This document shows positions 24,708 to 38,477 of a stretch of 64,000 nt of DNA, piece by piece. Every line of letters starts with the position of its first letter. The stretch's first letter is position 1. The notes below the pieces were generated by a model. That model made no database searches and was not told the origin of the DNA. It worked only from the letters and a program-made list of their open reading frames with translations. A program made the position numbers and the translations under genes. Source of the stretch: Lepidodermella squamata (Eukaryota; Animalia; Gastrotricha); contig JBLDXI010000046.1 of NCBI GenBank assembly GCA_047495785.1, forward strand, positions 1 to 64,000, read 5' to 3'.

Positions 24708-26729
24708 TTTTTTCTAATTAAATTCTTCAAATTTAAAAACTAATTAACCTAAATTTCTGTAATAATTTAAAAAATTCAAATTAAAGTTTGAAATTTTTTG
24801 AATTAATTATTATGATTAATTACATATTTATGAATTATTTTTTTATTAATTAAGGTATATAATTATTAGAGATAATTTTTCAAGATAATGAAGAATTATC
24901 ACCCATTACTGTGGAAAATTCTAGGTAGTGGGTCAATTTTGAAGGTAACCGGGTGCTAAAACTGAAAACCGACACAGTCACGTCGTGCTATGTGGTATTC
25001 AAGTTTCATTTGTAAAGTTTTTCATCCAGCTTATATTATTACATATATTCCTATACTACTGCTATACTATACAACTTGTGCGCGTAAATAAAATAATAGT
25101 ATTTGTAATTACGCAGTAGTATTATCATTATTTTTGTATTTATTTTTCTATACATACGCAAAGGTATGAATAGGTAAATAACCTGCGTTCTGGAATTATA
25201 TTGGTGGATGTGTCAAAAGCGAGGACTGGCCACGTCAAAAGCTGCATTTAGTTTGAATAGAGTTACAATGAGACAGCGGTAGATATTGTTGCGGCTATAA
25301 TAATTGACCTGGGTCGCGACACACTTTTTTGCGTGGGGACATAATCACGCTGAAAAACTGAAAATTTAGAAATATTAATGAGGAATACAATAAATTAACT
25401 ATACGCTGAAAAAAATTAGAAATGACTATAATTTGATACCCGAAATGTGTCCTACTTCGGAATCCGACCAAATCAGGCCAGACCGGTAAAAAAATCAATT
25501 CGGGTTTTTTTCGGGAATTTTTCAGGGAAATTGTACCGAGAAGTGATCTGACACCCTAATTTTAAGGTTCCAGATTTAAACAGCCGATAGATCTCCACAT
25601 TACGCGTATTTTGCGATATCGGAGGTCAAAATGCGAGCCTGCAGAGCCGATATCGATTCCATGTATCGATTTTACAAATCACTGATTTTTCCGATATCAA
25701 CCGGCTTGGAATATATTTTCGAAGATTTTTCTACATAGCTTTTAAAAATCCTACACTATAAAAAAAAGTTCGCAATTTAGCCGCTAAATAACCGACTTTT
25801 ACCCGGGCAATTAGGACCCTGGGAGCCTCCTATTTAGCCTAAAAATTTAAATTGAAGCTTCTAATTACCGAAAAATGAAATTATCGGTGATAAATACCAA
25901 ATTTTAGGTAAAAAGTATAAAAAGGCCTGTGCCGGGTGAAACCCGGTACTATACTGTCAAAATTGATTGTCCGTCCGTCTGTCCGTCTGTCCGTCTGTCC
26001 GTCCGTCTGAAGCCGCGCACGCGCGCACTTGACCCGCACACCTTCAATAAAATGCCCTGCGCGCACAAGTAAAATAATAGCGATGGCACGCACATTATTT
26101 ATTTCCCCGAAATTTTTCGTTTGCTCCACAACTACGATGAATTTTTTTATGCGGTTTTCAGCAAATGATAGGTCTAGTCTGTGGTCAAAATTCCAGAAAA
26201 TTGTGTTCGAAAAGGATGTGGGCAGAAAAACTGGCAACGAAATGCGATCATAGTATTTCTTCGTTTTTCATAATAAACATCGGCATAAAATCGGCGATAG
26301 TTAACTGTTGTTAGCTAATCGTTGGAGTCATTATCATCGTTATATAATATAAGATAGAATATAAGACTAGCCTTGTAATTTGTTTTTGAACTAAAATGCA
26401 GTTTTTTCGGAAAAGTATGCGAATATAAGACCACCCTTAAGTACGAGTGTTTACGGTACGGCGAAAATCAGGTGACCGGGCAGCTTGGCCGAGATGAAAC
26501 CGGTCGACAGGTTGACAGCAGATCGGTAGGCGAAGAGAACGGCGGGCAGCACTTTGTCCTAGTGATGACGGCGATCGGTTGTAGTCGCATCTCGATGAGA
26601 CAGCAGTTGCAACGTTCGGTATGAGGCGTAGATCGTAGATGATCGTACGCATATTTCTTAGGTTTTTTTAGTTTTAATAAAACTTCTATTTGAAGAAAAC
26701 CCGAACAAAGCTTCTCGTCGTCTTATTCG

Positions 26730-27078
26730 AAATGGGGTAGCAAATTCCTGTTCGAACATACTGAGGTGCAGTCATATCCTTTTCTAGGCCCTGGGCGTAA
26801 ACTGGAACCCATAGCGAGGTATGCATGCCGGAACCGAGGCCAGGTTTTTCGCAGCATTCTAGCACTTAACCCGCAAAGCGGTACCAATTTTGTTTAGCGG
26901 CGTGAGCGACTGCAATCCCGAACGCGAGTGAATGATTGATGAGGCTCATCCAGTTAGATTCTTCTGTTGTCGCCGGGAATCAAACCTAGCTTGCTTAACT
27001 ATGTAGAGGCTACACATAGAACTGGTTTTAAGTTGAAATTAGTTCAGTTTTTAGCTATATACCAAGCCACGCCCGTCC
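26730..27078 (-). mobile_element. tRNA-derived SINE, degenerate
   Basis: On the minus strand: box A-like GTGGCTTGGT, box B-like GGTTTGATTCCC, central AAATTGGTACC and a SINE-like 3' tail. Confidence 0.5.
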
Positions 27079-27172
27079 TATTCGAAACAATGAGGTAACA
27101 TCACAGTCAAACTCTAGGTGGAATGGTATTTTCCAGAAATTTTTGCCAAGAGAACACCCTTATTTCGCCTAT

Positions 27173-27927
27173 ATAAAGCACGGATGATAATTTTTTTGCC
27201 TCGAATTATTTTAATAACTCCGTAACCATGAGGAATTTTTTGGAGCGGGTTCCACCAGTCGATAGATCTAGTCTGTTGTAAACTTCCCTCAAATCCTCGT
27301 TAGATTGGTATGAAATTTGAGAAATTGGTGACGAAAATACTTCATTTGATTTTTGGTGAAAAAATTCATTTTTGCAAACTGCTATTTTCCAGCTTTAGCG
27401 TTTTTTTGCCATTTTCCTGTAGTAAAGCTAAATTGGTCCACATTCTTAGCAAGGAGTGATGTCAATACCGCCCCGTTAACCGAGGTTTTCACTTTGGACC
27501 AGACAGAAACGTTTCTCGTTAAAGAAATGAGATCCGAGATGGTTTTTGAAATTTTTGTGGGATTGAACCAAATTTGCAAATCTGCAAGTTTTGGGTTGTG
27601 CAATTGTGGATTTTTGGGGAAATCGGCGACATAGATGAATGGCGGACCACCTCTCGACTAAATCTGAACCCTCTGAGAGGAAAAATGATTGCCGAAAGTC
27701 ACATCGGATGCAAAATAGCATTTTTCAAAAAAGAGCTTTTTCACCAAAAATTTTCGTCAAGTATTTTCGTCACCAATTTCTCAAATTTCATACCAATCTA
27801 ACGAGGATTTCAGAGAAGTTTACAACAGACTAGATCTATCGACTGGTGGAACCCGCTCCAAAAAATTCCTCATGGTTACGGAGTTATTAAAATAATTCGA
27901 GGCAAAAAAATTATCATCCGTGCTTTA
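27173..27927. mobile_element. MITE with ~170-190 bp TIRs
   Basis: ATAAAGCACGGATGATAATTTTTTTGCCTCGAATTATTTTAATAACTCCGTAACCATGAGG is mirrored at ~27740-27927. Confidence 0.85.
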
Positions 27928-28379
27928 TTTCGCGAAACAAGAGCTATAATCGACGCGAAGAATTATAAGACTTCAGTTCCACGCGTATATCAACGTCTGA
28001 ACGAACGTATAACAACTTAGTACGAAATGGTCACTACTTTGCCTTTAATTGTTACGAAAATATCACAAAATTAACTTTTAAATTATAATCACAAATTATA
28101 TTTCTGGTATGAAATAGTCACTGAAATTGTTATGACAAATCACTACTTTGTTACGAAATGACTGTGTTACGAAAATACGGGTACGAAATTACCTTTAATC
28201 GTTTGGCGCAAGTTAGGCAGTGAAAAAATGCATATTTACACGTTTCAAAGGGTCCTGATTGCAAAAATTCATGTATTCGCCCCAGGTATGGGGGAAATTG
28301 GGCAGGTGTTTTGGGGCGGATTGGGTAGCTTAATACCTACCACCTACCATCATTTACGCGAGCGAATCATGGAACATAT

Positions 28380-29006
28380 CGGTAGCCCAAGAAAACAGAT
28401 TAAACACTATAGAATATCGTTGGCTCCGATCAATAGTAGGTGGACTACATTCCAAACATAGACATAAGGCTGGCTCTATGCGGAGGTCTCATTGAAGTGA
28501 GCCGCATAGTTGAAAAACAACGGTTAAGGTACTTCGGACACATTGTTAGATCACGCGACTATGGCGCAGAAGGACTAATTAACAAAATTTATATTTGGAC
28601 GCCTCCGTTGGGATGGTTTGCACCTAGAGGACGACCCAGAACTAGATGGATCCACGGAGTGCATAGAAGTTTGATTAAAGTAGGAATGACTAAGGCAATT
28701 GCGCCGGAAAAAGAAAACTAGCACTAAGAATAAGGCCAAGGATAAGAAGGGCAAAATGCCAAAGAAAAAAGGGAAGAAAAAATCCGGCGAAAAGGAGTTT
28801 GAAATTAAAATTATACCCGATTTTTAACTAGCTGAAATGGTGTCTTTTGAAAAAGATGAATGGCGCATGATTGTTAACTCGATTGAAAACTATGAATTGT
28901 TCGGAAAAAGCAAGATCTTCAACTGTGGGGTGGGTAAGCATTTCTCTTTGCCTGCCTTCGCCCTCTTCAAAACCGGAAACGGTACATGACGCTCAGTCTA
29001 GAAGAG
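28380..29006 (+). mobile_element. 5'-truncated RTE-clade LINE remnant
   Basis: QRLRYFGHIVR...PRGRPRTRW is the C-terminal signature of RTE ORFs; DEWRMIV downstream. Confidence 0.75.
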
Positions 29007-29939
29007 GCTTAAATAAAACTATTATAATTATAAAATGGTAAACTAATTTTGATCATATTCCTGGCCCTCCGCCTGACCGTCCCATGTGGTCGGAGGACGT
29101 TTAAAAGGTTGTCATAATTAAATAGACTAATTAAACCAAATGACCAATTCGCCCCCATATATGATTTTTCCATGGGGCAATTTTGGCGCAATTACCTGGC
29201 CATACATGTGCATCGCCTCGGGTTGCCGTTTTTTTCCTTGTTATCACCAAAAGAAATGGTCGAAGGAAAAAATGTCTTCTGAACTCAAAGCCTTATTTCG
29301 ATTGGTTACAGATAATTCATTTCATATGGGTCGTTTATACCCGCCTAAACTTACCTGTAAATACTGGCTTGCCGTTACCTCATTCTGTGACATAACTGGC
29401 TGAAAGCTTTTACAGATCGTTCGTGTTGCGACGTAAGAGACCGCCAGTGCTAGCGCATATTTCTATATATCATTATACGGCTATATTTGCGGCTGTTTAC
29501 AACTGTGGAGCGGTTGCATCCCAAATTACTATCTTCGGTTCAAGGGCTATAAAATTGCCATTAGCTGCGATTGCTATCTTGCGTTCTTGGACTCTTGAAG
29601 ATAAAAGAAGATAAATTCATCTTCTTCGCTTATCCTTCCCATAATTCTTCAAAGTTTTCTCGCGCTCTTCTACAATTCTTCGATTGAAAATTATACAGTT
29701 AGCAAAAACGAACTGCCGAGACCAATGAAAAAGTATTATCATCCGTGACTCGGTGCCGTCCATCTTTATTTTCAACGCAGCGAAACAATTGAAAATGAAG
29801 AAATGAAATGAAACCAAGAGAATAATTTATCACACTTTGTTTCAACAGAAATGGCGATGACAGGTTGAATAATATCGGAAGAGCCAGCACTCAGCAATAG
29901 TATAGTAGCGACCTTTTGCCGGAATTTCGCTAATTTTCC

Positions 29940-30886
29940 CTAATTTTCGTCCTCGGATCGTACGCGATGATGTCGACTCGTCTCCACGCGCCGTCTGTCT
30001 CCTGAAGCCGGTTTACTGCGACTTCCTCGTGCACTTTCATCCCGTTCTTCCGTAGTGCCGTAGCGATCATCGAGCGGATTTTATCATGACGACTGGTGAT
30101 CATCAGCGAGTTGAAATGACAAGCGCGGAGGACATGACCAAGAGTTTCTTTCTCAGCGCCGCAGTGGTGGTCCCGTCGCTTGCAGCAAACTTACTGCTTC
30201 TCACTGACACAGATCTCGCCGTCATCTTAATTGCGCAGGTGTACTCGCTCGACGAGAGGCCGGTTTTATTCAGGATCAGGTTGTTACCCGCGCGATATTC
30301 CTTGAACAACACAGCGCCCTCACCTGTGGGTTTCGAACACCACTCCTTAAAACACGAATCGCGTTTCGGTTTCCTGAGATCGCGGCTCGTTGCCTGGCGG
30401 TCGTCGGGTAGGGTCAGCTTTCTCGAGTTGGTCGTTGTTGATCGAGGCAAGCTTCATGCAGATAGCGTAGTGTTGGATGAACGCCTCCCACGATTCTCGC
30501 CTGATTGCGAGTTCGCGGCAGCGCCTGGCGGCGTAAAGGAATGCGTCGGGTGTCGGGGTTGGCAGGAGGAGCACTCCCTTCACGGCTGATCTGACTATCT
30601 TGTCCACATTCTCCAGGAATGATCGCGGCAGCTTGTTCAGCGGTGCGGTTTGTAGAGGGTACACGAGGGTTGGCCAAACTTACTGGTTCAGCAGCGTGAG
30701 CTTTTGATCTCCGCGAAGCCAGGTGCATGCGACAAGTTTATTCAAGTTCTTATTCAGATTGCTGATAGCCGATGCGGTATCGAAGTCGATCAGGGCCGAG
30801 AAATCGGTTCCCCAATATTTGATGATTTCGCCGGGTTGGAGGGCGGGATGGACGTGTTAGCGTCGATCATTAGTGGTTCGGTTAAG
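29940..30886 (-). mobile_element. Decayed fragment of an RLE-type (R2/R4/NeSL-like) non-LTR retrotransposon
   Basis: Across frameshifts: KYLG-like RT end, QKLTLLNQ*VWPTLVYPL, DAFLYA, ETLGHV..ACH zinc knuckle, RHDKIR, RRVDII endonuclease motif. Confidence 0.75.
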
Positions 30887-31839
30887 TAAAATAATCCTAT
30901 CAACAATGCAGAAATTAAAATTTAATACAGCGGCTAATTGGATGTAATATTACTGTACTATTAGATGTACAATTAGATAGCTTCGGGAGATATTGGAATA
31001 AGATAGTAATGAATCATTATTAGCTATTTTAGAATGAGCCATTCTAAAAAAACTCCTTTGATTCTACGATAAATTATAGAATGATATTTGTGAACACGTA
31101 ATATTACTGGAAGTAGATCTCGTCCATGGAAGCTTTAGCGGATAAATCTTTGAAGTTTCGCAATTAGGAAACAAGCGGTCTGTAAAGATTTCTGAAAATG
31201 TATCACTTAAAACCGAAATGAACTAGTAATTTTCAAGAATCGATGACGGCACCATCGGAAAAAATGTGACGTAGTATTTCTGTAAGAAGTCCGCGCAAAA
31301 ATCGTGAAACCCAAACTTGAATGGTGGATCACGTTTTGTCGTAATACGAATAATGTCAAGCGAGTTGCATGTCAAGCATTCCTCAAATACGGCGGTTTCG
31401 TTGCTAATTGCTAATCATCAGTCATCGCTAAATCGCTAACCAGATCACATTATCAAGACAATCCGCTAGACAATCTTTCTTAGGATGCAGGAATACAAGT
31501 CATCCTAGCAATTCTTGAATGCTACCAACTTCGTTAACTTTGTGTGATTCTACTATTGACCTCGTGTTGCTGCAAATCTAAGCGATTCCGCGAGCTTCGG
31601 GCAAGGTTTTAGTTCAGTTTGTTGCAACAGATCAACTGCTCATATTTGATAAACATGAAATTCGATTGATCAGAAAAAGATGTGATCGCTTTTTCAAGCG
31701 AAAAATTTAAGAAGGATATCAAAATGCGAGATAATGGAGAAGGATAACCGCAAATTATATTAAAACAATAGCGTAAAAAGTCCTTTCTTAGCAGTTTCAT
31801 GATTTAAGGGCTGAATAGTAGCCCGGTTCACTAAACGCC

Positions 31840-32284
31840 TTTTGTATAGAAGTGACTACTATTCATCGATTGACGGTGCCTCGTATTATGAAAGATGTAA
31901 AAAACTAGCACTGTGTCCTCTTGAAATCAGACGCTTTCAACATGACCTTGCGCTATGCCATAAAATGTACCTAGGCTGTGTGGATGCTAGCTTTTCTACA
32001 TTCTTCAAAATATCTTCAAATCCCCGTTTACCAGCTCATGCTGTTGTGATGAAACGATTTGAACATCCGAGCTCTCAGTTCAGCTTTACAAGGCGTGTGC
32101 GCGCAGCGTGGAACCGGCTGCCCTCAAGTATTGTCAATAATTCTCATACTGTGTTTCTGCGATATCTTAAATCTAAGTCAGATGAACTAGTGGATTTTAC
32201 GACCTCTGAGGTGAGGCGCCGAGAACTAACCTATTGCTAACTGCTGTGAAACAAAATGCATAATAAAATCAGAATCAGAATCAG
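31840..32284 (+). mobile_element. 5'-truncated CR1/L2-clade LINE 3' end with (AATCAG)n tail
   Basis: YYERCKKLALCPLEIRR..DLALCHK..G; FSFTRRVRAAWNRLP; AATAAA followed by AATCAG x3. Confidence 0.8.
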
Positions 32285-32626
32285 TAGAAACATTGGCTCA
32301 GCTGGTCCATAATTCCTGGGAATTCTCCGGGAATGGGAAACTATGAAAGTATGCCCATTCAAACGCAGACTCTGGTCATGTTTGAACAATGAGTGGAACA
32401 TAAGAGAGAGAGAGAGAGTTTACCCTATAAGTTTAGCCTATAGATTTTGAGAAAAATTGATGGAATTATCCTAGACTACGCTCCAACGGAACGATTATGA
32501 AATAAGGAAGATAGAGATAAATTTGGTTGATCTTAAGAATTTAGCCATGACTAGTAAAATAACAGGCGCCCGCTGAGCGGGCGCCATAGTATACCAGAAA
32601 ACAGTCGTCATTTACGGTCAACTTTT

Positions 32627-35600
32627 TTATTTCAAAATTTTTTTGAAAATAATATTTTTTGTAAAAAATTTATTTTCAATTTTTGGCACGCAGCAGTAGA
32701 CTTCACGGCTGTCTTTAGCTCGGCTAAATGCGACGTAGGCCATGCCGTGACAAAAAACGCCGTCGGGTAGATATAGACCGACGGCATCCAAAGACTGTCC
32801 CTGGCTTTTAGTGATGGTCAGGGCCCAAGCCAGACGCACAGGGAATTGGCGACGCCGCATAGCAATGATGTCCGAGCTCTCATCCGTGGTCAACTCGATT
32901 CTAGGTATGAAGACTTGCTTGCCTCGGAAGGAGCCGGTTAGAATCTCACATTGTAGGGTGTTTCGATGTAGGGCAGTGATGACCATTCTGGTACCGTTAC
33001 AAAGACCACCGGACGGATTTAGGTTACGTAGTAGTATCACAATCGCACCAGTTTTGAGCCGCAGAAGATGAGGTGGCAACGATGACGGGTTTTGCGCGTT
33101 CAGGAATTCCGGCGGAAAAATTGTCGATTTAGCAGGATCATCGACGCTGTCATAGCTTTTGAATTCGATACACTCGCCAGGAATGCGATTCAAAACGATG
33201 TCGTTGACGAAGTCGACCTCGGAATTTCTAGCAGCTAAGATGCATCTGGTGTAGCACTGCCGCTTATCGTAGTTGTTCAAGTTGCCGTAAAGTCGAAAAA
33301 GCAGGTTGTCCAATTTGTCGAAACACTTCAGATACGGAGGGATATAAAAACTATCCGGTACGGGCCCCTTTTCCACGGTAACAGAGCCATCGGGGTTAAT
33401 TTCATCGTATCGGCCTTCGCCAATGCGAAGTAAATCTTCTCCGTATCGAGGATCGCCACCTGTGAGTCGCATATTGGTTGTCAATTTGTATTGCCGATCT
33501 CTACCGTAATTCTACCGTAGTTCTTACCGTAGCCTTACCGTAGTGAGTACGGTAAAAGCTACGGTACCGTACTCTACGGTACCGCAGTGGGAAAATGAAA
33601 AAAGGATGGTTGGTGATGAGCTTTGAACCCTCAATCCTTAATCACCATCTCCTACGAAGACAGGCACTCTTTCCACTGAGCCATTGGCTGTCATATAATA
33701 TTGGTCATTTTTTGCGCTTATGTAGGAATTTTTTGGGTTGTTAACTTTTGTTACTTTGGCTAAGTTGCAGCATTGGCAACTTGGTAGGATTGGTAACATT
33801 GGTAACTATTGTTGCGCAATCAATAGCTGCCACATGTTGCAGCTAGTAAAACGCTAGTTTTTCGAAAAAGCTATCATGCACAATTTTGGAAACGCTAGTT
33901 TTTCGAAAAAGCTATCATGCACAATTTTGGAAACGCTAGTTTTTCGAAAAGGCTATCATGCACAATTTTGGAAACGCTAGTTTTTCGAAAAAGCTATCAT
34001 GCACAATTTTGGAAACGCTAGTTTTTCGAAAAGGCTATCATGCACAATTTTGGAAACGCTAGTTTTTCGAAAGTGTCCCATGAGTGGTTTTCACGCGTTA
34101 GTTTTTTGAAAGTTAGCTTTTAGAATTTTAGTTTCCAAACAAGACAGTTTTTCGAAAAATAAATTTCTAGTTTTCCAGAGAAGTAAGTTTCCATCGGAAA
34201 ACTACGGTACCGTAGAGCTTTACCGTAGATCTCCCGTAGTTTTACCGTTGTTCTACCGTAGTGCTACGGTAGAACTACGGTAGAGATCGTATATAGCTGA
34301 ACCTGAGGCCAAATCGAAGAAGATTTGAAGCTTGCTCGGAAATAGTCGATTTCACCCAAGGCTCGCTTTACGACAGGAGTGCATTGTCGAAAATCACCAC
34401 CGAGAAGTACAACTATTAATAACAAATTGTTATATCAATTCACCTTAAAAATCGTAAAAATTATTACCTTTGCCTCCGAACAATTTGTCCTTTTCTCCTG
34501 TCAAGTCTCGCAGAGTAAAATCCAAAGCTTCGATGGCATGGCGGTGTAACATTGGAGCTTCGTCAATTAAAATTAACGAAGACCTCCTAATTAGAGCGCA
34601 TAGATGGCTATTCTTGGAAATGGAACATCTCGACGTTTCACTGAGGTTGATGGGCACTGCAAACCGGCTGTGAACAGTTCTGCCGCCTTGTAGTAGAATG
34701 GCAGCGATACCACTGGAAGCGGTAGCCAAACAAATTTTCGATTCGAGTCTGAGTTTTGCGAGGATCGTCGAATACGTAAATGTTTTGCCCGAGCCGCCAG
34801 GACCGTCAAGGAAGAAACAACCACCGGCATTATCAGTTACAGCTCTGATAATAGCATCGAATACAGCGCGTTGACTTGTATTGAGCAAGGGTATATTGGT
34901 TTCGATGATTTGTCGCAATAACTCTAAATCGTAGTTCAGCTCTTCATCGATTAATCGATTATGATTAGCTTCAACTGTAGGCAAATGAAAGTTAGCCAAA
35001 GTCTGACCGTGAGCCGCTAACAGATCCGCTAAATGCATCAAACCCTGGCGATAGATTGAATCGGAATAGCCTGCATTAGGATTTTTACACTTCTCGATAT
35101 GCAGGAAATCTGCACATAAGTCGTCACGAAACTGGGACCACAATCGTAACGGTTCTGATGGCTGACCGTGTATCAGTAGATAGGAGAAAAATTCTCGGCA
35201 AGTTTTAGGCGACGCGTGATTAATGACCTCAACCATAGCATCGACATTCTGATTGTCGTTCTGCAGGAGGCCCATGGCGACACACGCTTGTTGGAAGGTT
35301 TCGCAAACTACGCCATCTACTGATTTCAGATCGTCGAAAGATGTGGCACCAGCCTTGTGAAGAAGAAGCAGCCGCAGGTAATACAGCTCACCAGCGCGAG
35401 GGCTAACCTGATACATACGACCTACTGGTTCCATATTGTAGTCGGGATTTCGAACTCTAGGCTTCCATCGACATGGCTTCGCGTTATCGTCAAACCAGAA
35501 GGCAGAGGGAAATTGATGGTATTTCAGGTGCCGACCTTCTTCAAATTCGGCGTTGTATCGAAACCATGCCAGTAGAGTTGATTTGGTAATCAATTTGTCA

Positions 35601-38477
35601 AGTTCTGGAAGCTGCTGTTCATTGAAATACACCGGTTCTTCTTTTGGCAAATGTACAGCAAGTCGGGTGACACCAGGCCAGTTTTCATGCATAGGATACG
35701 AAAAGCAACGGTAGCAGGCCTCCATAGCAGAAACGGATCGCGCATCTACGAATTCCTGGATTTCATCGATGACACCGGTACCAAGGGCGACTAATTGACG
35801 ATCAGTACCTTTGAAAATTAAAATTAATTGAAAGTAATTGAAATAAGTAATTGAAAAAAATAATTAAAAAAAATTTATTTAAAAATTTCATTTAAAAAAA
35901 ATTTATTTAAAAAAAACTATTTGAAAGTTTTATTAAAGAAAGTTATTAAAAAAAATTTATTTAAAAAAATTTATTTGAAAATTTTATCAAAGAAAATTAT
36001 TTAAAAAAAATTTATTTAAATAAAATTATTTTAAAAGAAATTATTTAAATTCTTCACAAATTTTTTGAAACATTCATTTTAAAACATTCATGCTGCAAAT
36101 ATTCAAATTATTATTACCTTTATGGATGTACTTGTAGATGTACTTGATCGCCTTGACCGTGGTACAAATTTCGACGTTAATGTGACAGTTGAATCGAGCA
36201 ATTAACCATGGGTTATAAGGCACGACCCATCGATTATCAAAATCAAATTTTTTCTGGCCAGTTCCTTTTGTAACACTTCTTCCATCTGCTGGTCGCCTGA
36301 CTTGAGGGAAACCGTCGACATTCAAACAGGTATCTTCACAAAAATCCTTTGGATACTTTTTAGTACAGCCAGTTTTATCGTCCCAACACGGCGAATTTTT
36401 ATGATTCAACCCACACGGACCATGTAACATATGCTTGGTGACATACTCGAATAGCTTCGGTTCAGTAGTTGGATCGGGAATATCCGCTCGAACAGTTTTG
36501 TCGATATCTTCACAGGTTTTAATTGAGTTAGCCAGAGTGATTAGAACATGAGCATGAGGTAAGCCGCGTTTCTGAAATTCGACGGTATAGATGAGATTTT
36601 TGACCCTTCCAAATATCTGATCTGTCAAGACGTTCTGCAGCAGTTCCTTCAATTTAGTTCGAAACACTCGACAAACCAAGTCAGGACGATCGGTTGCAGT
36701 TTGTTTGCCAATCAAATTGCGTTGAATTTCCGGCCAATTGCTATTCGTTGTCATAGTTAGAAAAATGTCAGGTTTACCGTGAGCCCGAACAATTGCCATG
36801 GCGTCTTGATACAGCTCTGCCATCTGTCTTGGCGACCCACTCTTCGTAGATGGTAATACAATACGAACTTTTGTACCGATATCAGATGCTTGACGACCAT
36901 CGGCGACTGCATCACAGAGACCTCGATAATTTTCAACGCGCAGTTTATCCTGATTGAAGCGAAGATATGACAGATCATTTGTTTCCATTTTGATGAATGA
37001 ATCGACAACATATTGCTGGAACAACTTTCCAAATAGCTGTAGAACAACTTGACCTCGAACCATGAAACGATGACAGATGTAATCGCGGCAGGTTAGCTTG
37101 GCATGCTTGACATTACCAAAACGATCACGTTTTTCAGCAACTCGAACCAACGTTGTATCCCAGCCAAGATCACCGTGACTGAATATTAGAGGGTAAGCGA
37201 GAGGGTCATAGCTTGCGTTAGTTTCATCAATTCGCTGATACCGATGAGCATCAGGGCCGGCTCTCAGGCGAAGAATGATGTCCCTGCTCATGTTGACTTC
37301 GCTATCATTGTGAAACTCGAAGATTAAAGCTGAGACTTCATTTTCACACTGCGGTCGATTGTAGCGACGCCTATCAATGCCGCGTACGTCAGCTTTAATC
37401 GCCATCCTTACTTCAGGCGCAGATTGCAGCCGCGATAGACCAGCCTGGTAGAGCTTGATGTAAGGATTACCGACGTCATAGAGCATTTGCTGAAGATTGG
37501 CTAGTACGTGGGGCAGCGTAGCGTCGCCAACGTAATTGCGGCGAAGTTGTACTTGCGTTTCAGGATCAGCGAAATAAATCTGCAAGTACAGAGGCTGTTG
37601 ACCCTCATCAGGTAGCAAACATCCGTGACGGTGGTACAGCTGCCCCTGCACCTTGAAGCTACCAAAGTTTGGCGAAATGTCTTTCATACCGACGGATGTG
37701 AAGGCCAAAGCATTGTTGTATACGCGGATCGCTCTCATGAAATGCTCAGATTCAAGTAGTTCACCTTTGAGTAAACGTAACAGATACGAAGGGGGAGTAG
37801 TGAGTGGCGGAAGGATAACCTATAACAATAAAATAAATAGTTTTGGTCATTATATTATGTGATAATCAACTTACGTCATTTTTAGAGCAACATAGCGTGA
37901 ACTGAGGAGTCTTTCTAGACGAATTGCTAAGACGCTCGTCAATGAAAAACATAGCGCCACAATGGCGACACGCATTATTCATGAGACCCAGATCAAGCGT
38001 CGGAACATTCGACTCGATGTATCTCTCCCGAGCGCAGTTGAAAGGAGGCACAAAACGACGGTTTGCTGGGGCAGGAGCAGGAGCCGGGGGATCAACAGCT
38101 GTATCGTCGTCATTGTCGGGTGGTGCGAAATGAACTGTGGGATCGAAGTCGACGTCATCATCTTCATCGTTAGCAAAAATTTCAGCTAATAACTCGGGGT
38201 CAACTTCGTATTCAGTGAATTCCTCAACAGGGGGCAACGGAAGGTTTGTTATCACAGAAGATGTAGACTCAGCAGCATTAACCAACGGGTCGACAAAAGT
38301 AACTGTCGAGGGCTGAGAGTAAACATGGTCAAAGTTACTCGTAACTGAAGTAGAAGCAGAAGTAGAAGCAGAAGAAGGCTCAGCGTTAGTGTCACGTGAT
38401 CGCTTATTTCGATCCTCTCGAGCAATGGTTAGCGGCCTTTTCCCCCGCGTCTTGGGAGGACGCCCTCTCGGCGGCAT
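32627..38477 (-). CDS. Helitron Rep-Helicase (HUH endonuclease + PIF1 helicase); exons 37875-38477, 36118-37819, 34468-35808, ~34292-34412 + 32627-33490; interrupted by an insertion
   Basis: CRHCGA...CC zinc motif; FLTMTTN; VEFQKRGLPHAH; KYIYKYIHKG; GPGGSGKT; LIDEAPM; GGDFRQ; RRQFPVRLAWALTITKSQGQS; three phase-consistent GT-AG introns. Confidence 0.95.
33491..34291. mobile_element. MITE inserted in the helicase exon; TIRs built from CTACCGTAG units; carries a tRNA-like segment and a tandem array
   Basis: CGATCTCTACCGTAATTCTACCGTAG mirrored by CTACGGTAGAACTACGGTAGAGATCG; removing it restores WPQVQLYKLTTNMR. Confidence 0.85.
33849..34071. repeat. 41-bp tandem repeat, ~5.4 copies
   Basis: Unit AAACGCTAGTTTTTCGAAAA(A/G)GCTATCATGCACAATTTTGG starts at 33849, 33890, 33931, 33972, 34013 and 34054 (partial). 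Confidence 0.95.

Noticed and set aside
30086-30589. 167-aa + strand ORF as a gene
   Set aside because: Antisense shadow of the RLE retrotransposon remnant
33607-33692. Functional tRNA gene
   Set aside because: A/B boxes are present but I could not fold a convincing cloverleaf, and it lies inside a MITE
33849-34071. Possible CRISPR array
   Set aside because: Head-to-tail 41-bp units with no unique spacers, no cas genes, eukaryotic context
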